A DNA stretch of 64,000 bases from Cycas panzhihuaensis (lineage: Eukaryota > Plantae > Cycadophyta), in contig CM041465.1 in NCBI GenBank assembly GCA_023213395.1, forward strand, positions 204,979,741 through 205,043,740, read 5' to 3'. This document shows positions 49,901 to 61,000 of this stretch, one piece after another (the stretch's first letter is position 1; every line of letters begins with the position of its first letter). The notes beneath the pieces are model-generated. The model did not search any database. It saw nothing but the letters and a program-made list of their open reading frames with translations, and was not told the DNA's origin. The position numbers were made by a program, and so were the translations under genes.

Positions 49901-50486
49901 CTCGATTCTTATTTTGCTCTAAGTATGAAATCTATTATATGTTTCACAGTTCTTTTTGGGGGTAGTTCTTTAATTTCTAAAGAAAATGCATCCTTAAATT
50001 ATTTAATAATTAGATGGTTAGTAGGATCAGGACTGTGTGTTTGGGTGTTTTCAATTAGTAATATGAAAAAATGTTTACATCTTCTTCAAATACAACTTTT
50101 AATCTATATTGTAGAAAGAGTATGTAATTATGTGGATTTCTTTTCCTCTTAAATAATCCTAACCTCATTAGGATGCCTAGTTACTACAACATATTTTTTG
50201 TGACGACTGACATATGCATTATTAAGTTCTAACCAAGCCATACCTATTATAATATCATATTTTTCTAGATCTAATAATTAGAGATATCCAAATACTTGAT
50301 ATCTATTTATTTTAAATCTTAATTTCTCTACATCAAAGTCAATTTACCTAAGTGTTTCACCATCGACCAACTCTACCCAATAGGGTTTTTTAAAATTTTT
50401 GTAGGTATTAAATTTATTTTTTTCATAAATTTTGGTGAAATAAAGTTATATCTACTCCTAGACTCTATCAACATATAAAAGATTAC
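46409..50486 (-). mobile_element. Second tandem copy of the same chromovirus family (protease to chromodomain plus shared LTR), interrupted at 50487
   Basis: 46409-50480 is collinear with 38351-42410 (offset ~8.06 kb). Similarity stops within the protease region at TGTTGACG. Confidence 0.9.
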
Positions 50487-52886
50487 TGTTGACGTAAGTA
50501 AGTGTGATAACCTTAGTTTCCATCTAAAAATAACCTTCATACCTAAGGAAAAGCTAAACTTACATCTTAGTCAATATTTTATGAGTTATAAATAAAATTA
50601 TTAAAGAAAAATACTCAATGGAGTGATAATGAATTGTGTATATTACTTTTATATAAAGTTTTAGCCCTAGGGTTTCAAAGGACCAAAAGGACAAAAACTT
50701 ATTTTTAAAGAGAGAGGTTCAATTCACTTAAAAAAAAATTATTATCATTAGGCTATCATACAAATATTTTCTCAATAATAAGTAGGAATGATTACCTTAA
50801 GGTCTTTAAAGCTACCTATACACTTCTTACCAAGGATTATTGACTAGCCTCTTATAATTAATATAGCTTAAGCCTACTAGAATCACTATCTTCAACCTTG
50901 CTGATGAACTCTAAGAAAAACTATAAGACACCTCAAGTAACAATGAATAGTATATGTAGTGACAAGATAAAGCCCTATATGGTCTCTCTAGAAAATGCCA
51001 CTTAATTGGCCATAATTTCATAATACACTTCTAAAGAGCAAATATATAGTTAACCCACTTACTCTTTAGTACACCCATAACTATCAATGTTACTTATAGT
51101 TTAAGTCTTTATGGATAGGTCCAAGTATGTAAAGTACACCCACTTGATCATACATCTGCTATGGAATTAGCCCTAGTTGCCTAAGGGATTGGCATACTTT
51201 AGGGCCCCATGTTAGTAGAGGATCTTAGTCTAGTAATTTATTGGAAATAGTAGTGAGATATGATTTTTGACTCTACAAACACCTAACACGTACTCAAAGA
51301 TTCCATGGATAATAATGAATTCATAAAGTGAAAATGCTTTGATGATAATGTCTTGTATTGAAACCCAATGCTACAAAAGTCGTAACCAAGGCATTCAATA
51401 AACAATCCACATAGATGAAGGTAGGAAGTAGCATGAAAAATCTACTAAATCTTGAACTTGTTGTTTATATTTGTGAAACTAATGTTGAATTTTTTCTTGG
51501 TTGCATTTTGCTTATATATATATTTTATTTTTAGTAATAGTAATGCATGCTAAGCCCTTGTAGGAGTTAGTCTGAAATAGAATTAAAAATATACACGAAC
51601 TCTAATGCAACTATATACAAATATAACTAAATATAGCAAAAAATTTCATTTATTTTAAAGTTTTTCTAGATTACAATTTAAGAATTGAAATCAAACTATA
51701 TGATTATATATTACAAGTGCCCCTCTTAGCTTGTTTTATCTAACAAAAAATGACGTGTGTATGCATTTAATCTTCCCCAAATTTGTATGCTCATCGCTGC
51801 CTACGAAAACCCCCTTTTCAATCACCTATATGAAGATCAAAGATGTCCTACTTATGCTCCACACAAGGACGACTAGGTGAGTTGGTAATATTTGTTAAAA
51901 TATTTCCTTTAAAGGATTAAAAATATGTCCTTAAATGATGCGAATATCAATCATGAATTCTTTAAATAAATCTAAGATCATCTCATTTTTACTCTTAAAA
52001 TGTGAATAATGATTAATAAAACTTTGCTTTTAAAACGGTTTAAGGGTCAACGCTTCATGTCAAATCAAAACACCTTTAAGTGATATATTTTAAAATAAAT
52101 TATGATATTTATTAATCCTTAAAATCTCATTCAAAACATTGGTCAGAATGGTATGTTGTCAATTAGTAAAATATTCAAGTTTCATGTTTATTAAGGGTAA
52201 ATGTGTTAATCTATAACGATTCATATAAATTCATCTTTTTCCTTCATTCAAATATTTAAAGGAGACATGTTTAAGAGTGAATTTAAATCATTAAATGGAG
52301 CACTTTAAGGTAAATTTGATAAAGCATTTTATATATCTCAAGTTACAGCACCTTTTATTTGCTCATATTCATGTTTGTTTATAAACTCATTAACCAAACA
52401 TTGATGCTTTTATTCTAAATGTAATACATTGATTATCAAAATAATACCTTTCATCTTCATCAAAAGGTTTATTTGAATATGAGAACTCCTTGAAATAATG
52501 TCAAATTAAAGTATATTTATACCTTTAAAGTGATGTGTAAAATAAAAGAAAAGGGTAACTATCCTAAGGTTTTGTATGTATGGGGGAGGGTAAGTCGACA
52601 AGACTTAAACCCGTGAACTACCAAGTACTTATACTTTTAATCTAACCCAATAACATATATATTCTAATTTGATATAATTTGTTATGTTAATGCATGGAAA
52701 ATAAGTATTTTAAAGGAAACACAAATATAAAAATGAAATCAGCCATCATATTATAGTGTAAAATCAGAGTTAGTAGCTTGTGAATATTGTAAGAAATGAT
52801 TGTGAGCGATTAAAAATATAACCAAGCTTGTAAATCAAATGATACACTAGGTAGTCATATTGATTAGGTATAAATCTTTGTTGGTT

Positions 52887-52887
<1 letters not shown>

Positions 52888-52926
<39 letters not shown>
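52888..52926. repeat. (CT)n microsatellite, ~19 units
   Basis: Directly visible. Confidence 0.97.
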
Positions 52927-52928
<2 letters not shown>

Positions 52929-53274
52929 CACTTAGTAGATACGTATCCTCTTAAATGGCTATAGTAAAATAGATATGCTTTATAAACAATTGATATGGTG
53001 TAGAATGTATGGATATTCAACTAAATGTTTAGGTAACTATATATGAAGATAATTTGGACTGTGGGAGATTAATATGCATATTGGGTGATTGATAAATCAC
53101 TCAAGTTGAATAGAAGATGACAATTTCAATTAGGAAAAGGTAGACAATGTTAATCATCTCTTCTGCAAATGATTAAGTTCAAAAGTTAGGCACTTGAGAA
53201 GTAAACGAGTGATTCAAGTAACTCTCAGATTTCATGGGTGTGTGAATGAGGAATTATCAAGAAATTTAAATGAT

Positions 53275-53300
<26 letters not shown>
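53275..53300. repeat. (TA)13 microsatellite
   Basis: Directly visible. Confidence 0.95.
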
Positions 53301-53305
<5 letters not shown>

Positions 53306-55701
53306 TGCATTGAAGTTTGGAGTTTGAATAAGTGATTAGATACCCCAGAGAAAGTGTAGATGAAAATAGACCTGAGTAATTAAATCTTATTCAACACACT
53401 AGTTTCCAACTCAATAAGCTGTGCTACAAGTCAATTTGCCTATAAATAGGTGATGACAAACATAAATGAAGATTAGTATATTATTCCCTAATACCTATAA
53501 ATTAATTGAATGAGCGATTGTGTATTGGCTTCAAATTGGTAGATATAGACTTAAGACATTAAGAGCAATCATGATTGATGCCGGGTTAAACTATTAAGGT
53601 TATTTAGTCAATGTGAGAGGAATGAATATTAGAGTTAATCATTTTGAAACTAGAAATATACAACACTCTAGCATCTTGGGAGAAAGAAAGATCTATATAT
53701 TATGTGATTAGTGTTTAGGTAAATCTATGATTGGACTAGGACATAGGAGGAGTAGTCAATTAATAATTGAGATGCCCAACACATTCAGATTCATTAATTC
53801 AAACATATTTAATAAAATAATTTAATATATTACATGCTTACATTTAAATGACATATATATTGTACAAGAGAATGATAAATATTAACCAAATCGTCACTCA
53901 TATAAGCATTGATTATCCTTTTTATATTAAATGAGAAGATTTGATTATGTGCCCTGAAAAATACTCATGTTTATTTCTTTTTTACATTCTTTTTTTAATT
54001 CATTCTCTTTCTTAAGAATCACTATTAATATCTTGTCATAAATCCCTTTTGAAAAAAAATCGCTAGAAAACTAGTCACTTAGAATCTCCAAAAATCATCC
54101 CCTCTTCTTTTTCATCCCTCAAGTGATGAATTTATACAATAAACTAGGGGAGGGGGTTTCATTTAATTTGTTGAGTAATGAATTAAATAAGACCTAAAAA
54201 CCATCCTTTAATTGTCCCCAATTAAATATGATGAAATTTAGCATAAAATTTAATATAATAATATCCCTTTAGGGGTATTATAAAGTATACAATTAACTAT
54301 TAGGCCCTAGAATACTAACATAGCTTAAGGACTATCTTTAGAGCTTTAACATTTTATTATTGCATTGATATAATGCCCCTTGGGCATCAAAGTTTGATAA
54401 GGCTAAAGATACCCACTGAAAATTTGATGCAAAAGAGCTAGAAATATGAAAGTCTGTGAAAAAGTTGAGGTGTAGAAGATACTATCTCACCAGGATCTCC
54501 ATCACCACCAAAAAGTGACAACCAACTAGTTAACAAATATCTCAAGAAAAGTACTTTTGGAAACAAAATCACTATCAAAGGAATGATGGTAATAGAAGCA
54601 TAACTAGAAATGAAATGAAGGTGTCTTGATGATCAAGAAGTTAGATTATTGATTAAATTAATTCATACTCATCTTTAGAACACTTAAAAGTTGTTGAAAA
54701 GCTAGTAGAAACTATTTAGAGCAAAGAACCAAATTGTGAAGATCAAGATCCAAAACTAAAGAATATAGATCCTGAATAACTAGAAACTACTTGTGAATAA
54801 AGTTAACCAATGTCACTTGTCGAAATCATCATTGAAGATCAAAATGTCTTAAACCATCAATCTAATGCTAAAAAGGTTCAACTATGGATAAAATCTACGA
54901 AAATATCATTTTCAATTCTAAAGAGTGAAATGTTAGCAAATGTCAACCACCAAAATTCCTAACATTAGAAAGATACAACTTACTATTGAAGAGTGACCAA
55001 TCATACTAATGTCAAACTACAAGATCTTGTGCAACTAAACTAACATAAAATAAATAGAATTGTTGCTAAATGTGTAATGATAGATAAAGGTCTAGGTAAG
55101 AGATGTGTTGAAAAAAAGAAGAAAAACACCCAAATCACAACTGAAGAGGTAATAGAAGTCATAACTGGAAACTCAAAGGAGTCATTGGAACTTAAATTGG
55201 AGAGATCTAAAACCAATTGTTCCAAAGGAACAGCAATAAAAGGTGTTGATTAAGAAGAAGCAATAAAATGGTTGATCACTCTAAAAAACTAAACCATATG
55301 TATAATTGAACCAAATGTGTACCAAAGTAAAGGTATAATTACCGAGTTAAATGAGATATACATCTATCATGATAGGTACAAAGAATCATATCAAAGCTGA
55401 AGTAACTTAAAATTACTTCCCAAAAGTTCTTAGAGACAAAGGATCTAAGAATGTGCTACAAGGGGATGACAACAAAGGTCACAAAGACAACAACAAAGAA
55501 AAGATCATCTATTGCTAAAGTAGAAACCAACATCAAGGTCCAAAGAGTAAACATCTCTAAGGCAGAAGCAGGATAAGAATCCATTATATCTAAAAAACAT
55601 TGCAAACCAAACTGGCATACAATATTTAGTTAAAAGGATGAACAAAGCTATTGTTAAAACTATAGAATGAAGGGAAGGAAGTAGAAGATCTACTTCACAA
55701 T

Positions 55702-58002
55702 TGTTGGAAATGTAATGCATATTTATTATTTCAGGCTTTTGTTGGCCTTCAAACAATTGTATTTTCATCCATTTAATGGATATATAAATATATTATACTT
55801 TGTAATGTTTTACTTATTTTATTGGAAGATATCTTGCGATACCATTTTGTATCATGGAGTTTTTCATGTTTACTTGCCGAATTCAACTTGGTATTAGAGC
55901 ACCCAGGTTAAGCAAGTTTGCCAAAGCTGGATCGTGTTTTCATTTGCCAATTCCTAGCTTTGTGGTTATGGTGATTATGTTCATAGTCGTGCAAGAGCTT
56001 CATTATTATCTGTGGTGAGTGTGAGGAGGTGGATCCATAGAGCTTGCTGCCAATTTACCAACATAGCCTTGCATCTACATTGCTCCAATTAAGATTATAG
56101 TCTCTTAAACACTGTTCATAATTCGTGGCTCCATTTGCTATAGTGATATCAAACTAAAATTGAAGTTCCCCGTGGCTCACGGAAGACACAGAGTTTATTC
56201 ATCCTCACAAGGAGAGATGTAGATGCAAGAGGAACCTATGTTTGTCGACATTCAAGCCTGTAGGTCATAATACATAGTTGTGTTGCTATAATTATAAATA
56301 TGGACAATGATTGATGCCTATATTTGTACCCATGCATAGTGTCAAGGGTTTACAGTGTTCGCCATTGCATGCTACCTTTAACACTTACGACTAAAATGAA
56401 ATATTAAGAATCAATTGAAGGTATTCTTCTTAATATATATTTAATATGTTTGTTCTCACTGTCATTATAGCTCATTGTGTTGAGCCTATTAATATATCTA
56501 GAGAGAAATGCCACTTAGCAGAGCGTCGTGGAAGATATAATTGCAGTGGTCATTGTTTGCCATGGAGGAATATTTACAGGTGTGCATGATCATTTTACGA
56601 GTTGAGCATATTTTAACTAAAGTCACCTGCATGATGTTTTATTTGCGTCACCGTTGTTTAATATTAAGTCACCCACATGATGTTATTTATCTGCGTCGCC
56701 CCTGTAGTCTGCATGAACTTTATTTATCACTTGTATTATTGTTGCACTACTATTTTTATACATTGAAGACTACATCATCCTCTATATATGGTTTACAAAT
56801 TGATTATATTAGTATCTGTCTATGTTCGTCACTGCCTTGATTTTAATATTTGGCCATATATCAATAGTATTATTGTTCTTCATTTTTTAAATCATATTTT
56901 TCATATATTTGTTGTTGTATATGGTGTCACCCACTCGTTAATTTAGACAATTTAGTTTTTATAAGGTTACTTTATTTCGTATAGTTTTGCCATTTAATGG
57001 TAGTTTGAGATATGAATATGGTATGGTGAATACCTTTTTGGGTGGCATGTTAGCTATGGTATACTTCTTTTTAGCATGTGTTCACATGAGAAGGTGTGGA
57101 TAATATAAGGTGATGTTAAGTTCTCTAGCATACAATTGCATGAGGAGTTTGAGAGGCGACTATGTGCTCTTTGTATGTATCTACATAAAAAGTCTATTGG
57201 GAAAAGGAGGGCACAAAGAGGGAATGTTTAATGGTGTGTTTTATTAATTAACTGAATGGATGAAGAAGAACGAGTTTTATTGAAGATACTTGAGTTGCAG
57301 AAAAGAAAACTTCATTGAGTGGTGTAGATGGCATGGTTTATTTATTAAATGTTAATGTTTGTGGCACAAGTCTTATTTTAGGTAATTAAGTGAAGTGTGG
57401 TGTGTCTTGGCAATTTAATGGTGACATGTAGTATGTATGATCTTTGTATGTATGAGGCATTGATTTAATGGTAAAGTAAGTAGGCACTCTTTGTATGTGA
57501 CTATTTGGTGATATAAGAAATGTATAAGGTAATGATATAATGATGAAGTCAGTGACAAGAGAGACATGAGGTATGAGAGAAGATTGTTGAGCATGAGTAA
57601 TAGGTGAGTCACCAATGTTAGGTGTGTTTATTGATTGATAAAAGAGATATATTATTGGAAGGTTCACTGACAATCATGGAGGAGAATAACATGGTCATAT
57701 ACGTTCATGAGACTAATGAATATTACTTAAGGGATTTGCATCTTCTGATACCTAAGTGTAATGGAGTGAATTATTTCTTTTGGACAATTAAAATGAGGTG
57801 TCTGTTCATAGCTAAAGACTTATGGAGATTTGTTACTGATGGATATAGTATTTCTAATGGTGAAGAAGAAATGAAAAAGCTTGAGAAGAAAGACAAAGAG
57901 GCAATTATCATGATTCTTATTGCATTAGATAAGATTGATCTTCCTTCATCATATCATTTTGTTATTCCTAAGGTTCATCATGCTAAAACTGCCAAGGAAG
58001 CT
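55702..58002 (+). mobile_element. 5' part of a Ty1/copia: short LTR (~55702-55885), PBS 55889-55900, ~1.8 kb leader, gag N-terminus
   Basis: TGGTATTAGAGC PBS. ORF 57622-58017 has IPKCNGVNYFFWTIKMR..AKDLW..V.DG, KKDKEA and AKTAKEA, and is cut just before the expected W. Confidence 0.8.
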
Positions 58003-61000
58003 TTTACGGGTAGGTGAAACACGCTCCTTCAGGCCAACTAGTTTAATAGTGCCTATTAGACTCCATGATGATAAGTTGTATAGAACCTAGGGAAGGGAGT
58101 TTAGGTATTAGAAGGATTTAGGTTTTGTACCCAACCCTATTTAAAGATAAGTTGACTCAATGAAAACTGATTCAACATAAATCAAGGCTACAATGGTTAA
58201 GGGTTTAGGTATAAAGCACTCAATGTAAGTATAAACAAGATAGAGGTAATCTAAACACAATAAATCCTAGTGGAATAAAATAGGGAGACCTATTTCCAAT
58301 AAGTTAAATGAATGAATCTAATTTTATTGATGAAGAAGTGCTAATACTTAATAGTCTTCAGTAAATGAGGTCTTCAACATATTACCTCACAACTCACTCA
58401 TGAGATATGTAGTGGGTGTTGATATCTCTACTCACATAAAAATAGAAGCAACTGCTCATAATGGTTATTAATGTGGCCATTGTCACACTCATTGCACATA
58501 TCCTATGGCCCCACAATGCCAAAAATTGTGTGGAGAACTTGAACAGGGTGAAATTAAGTAACTCTATATTTATGACTAGTCAATAAGTACTAGTTAAAGT
58601 GATATAGGAGGTAGTGATATAGGGTATGATTCATGAGGAATTTAGTGGCTTTAAGTCCTAAAAATTCTTTAACTCAAAAGTATTTTTTAGGCTCAATGGA
58701 AGGGAAGAATTCTAGGGCTATGTTCTTATGGTAAAATATCATTCAACAACCAGAAAAGATAAATCAAACAAACTAAATAAAATAGAAAATCACACACAAA
58801 ACCACTTCCTTAGGTAAAGATTTATTAATGGATATTAATTATCATGTTTGTCAAGCAATCTACTTCATGGTTCTATAAGCACGATATATGCATAATGGTA
58901 GAAAAGTGAGAAAAATGAGCCAAATAGTAAATATAATGTAGAGTAGAAGGTAAATTAGGATTATATGCAACATAACTACTAATGCATTGGCTAACTAGCA
59001 TTTGTGAATTAGAGTAAAGGGCAACATGCTGCACATGCAATGAAATGGTGCGCCATAAGGCAGTAATGACAACTTTAAACTCAACCAAGTTGTTAGTAAC
59101 ATACTTAAAATATCTTTTGATGACTTCAAAGAGATCTTTGTTGGAGTCTCGGATAATCCAAGTAGTTGTAGATGGACATGGATTTCCTCGAGAAGTACCA
59201 TCGATGTGAATTGACTAATACTAAATAATAAATATGATGGTGATAGAGCAAATTTATTAAAGCAACAAAGCAAAAGCTTTGGATCAACAAAATTATAAGC
59301 TACTAGAAGAGAATAACTTCTAAAATAAAATATGTTTGATGGAATTAGGATAAACTTTTATGTGAAAAGGGATGAATATCATTGTGAGATAAAGTTTTTA
59401 ACAAATGCAAGTGAATTACAAGTCTTGAGAAGTATGAAGTAAGGGACATAAATATCCCATTACACTATGTCCCTAGGAAAATAATAAAAATCTAAATATA
59501 ATTGTAAAGGCAACATATATGCCTTAAAGGTGAGATCTAAATACCCATTTATAACTAAAGAGTAAGGAGTAGAATTAGTAACATTAGGGCAATATTAATT
59601 CATTAAGATAAGATGGCTAGAACCAATAAAAAAAGGGGGTGTGCTCTAAATGCATAAAGGCAAATAAAGAGCAAAAGACAATCAATGATGACTTCTAAGA
59701 CTATGAAGCAAATGAAATTTGATTTTAAAACTTTTATGATTTTACAGTTTTTTGGAAAATAAAAAGGCAATATAGCTCTAGAAATAAATCACACATACAA
59801 TTTGTAAAAATAAATTGGTGATTATGAATATATCATAATAGTAGAAAGTCAATTGTCAATAAAGCAAAACAACTATAGAATATATACAATAATCCCTAAG
59901 GCATTGATAATAAGTTTTAAGATGAAAGGTATTTATAAGATTGATTAGTTCATCACCTGTTAGAGTAAACAAGTGATAAGATCCATTTTGGAGAATGAAT
60001 GCAATTAAAAATAGACCAACCTATGCCAAGTTCAATTTGCCCTTAATTTAATCCATAAAAGAATTAAGCCTTAGAACTTTTTCACCAATTTAAAACATTC
60101 AAGTTTGAATTAATCTATCATAAAAAACTTTTAAATGTTTTTATTTTGCTTCAAGGTTCTAATTAGCCAATAGCTTATGCTCATCTAACTATTCAAGATT
60201 GAAAAGACAAGATTCTAAGATATTAGAATTAGATAAACTATTGCATAAAGTAATGTGTAATAAGGGGATTTTGATTTTTAAAACTTTCATCAACTCCAAA
60301 TACTAGATGAAAAGGAGAATAATGAGTGGTGGCTTTTGTCATGGTACGATAAGCACACAAAGCAGGGCAAATCTACAAATGTTAATACCTTTTTTAAGTG
60401 TTAATAGTTTTTTGAAGGATTTTCACCAAAATTTTATTGAAAATTTTCACTTGTCGATTCACTTTTAGGTAGTATAGGGATGATTTATCATGTTTAATGA
60501 CAAGTTTGATATTAAACTCCTAAATAATATCATTAATAAAATGAGTTCCTTAGTTAGATATAAAAGTATCGAGGATTTTAAATTAATATACCATTTGGTT
60601 AAAGAGGAACAAGATAATGATATACTTATCAACCTTAACATAAGGCATTATTTTTTCCTATTTAGTAAAACAATAAGTTGTTATGATAATAAACTTGTGT
60701 CCATTTGAGGATGGGAGATTAAATAGACCAATAAATCTAAACCCCACTTTGAAAATGAACCAGAAGAAGAAACTAGATGTAATGGAGAAGGTGGCTTCAA
60801 GATTTGATTACTAAAGATTTAGCAATTTTGGCAATAACAAATAAATAAATATGCATAAAGATGCTAATAATACCCAACTCTCATAATCTTTTCAACTGTG
60901 GAACAACAAAAAAAAACTACCACAAATTTCTAAGTGATAATCATTCAAAATTTATTAAAACTCAACTTTAGAAACATACCTAAGAAGGATTGCACCTCGA

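Larger units (their letters stand above)
50487..55701 (-). mobile_element. 3' LTR (50487-51715) and long 3' region of a Tat/Ogre-like gypsy element
   Basis: TGTTGAC...TTACA-bounded ~1.23 kb segment followed by AGTGCCCCTCTTAGC (PPT on minus) and a GCTGCCTACG motif like that near Ogre 3' ends. Extent beyond ~52 kb is inferred. Confidence 0.6.

Noticed and set aside
51780-51890. Hammerhead or other ribozyme near the Tat/Ogre-like 3' LTR
   Set aside because: No CUGANGA...GAAA core with flanking helices could be assembled on either strand.
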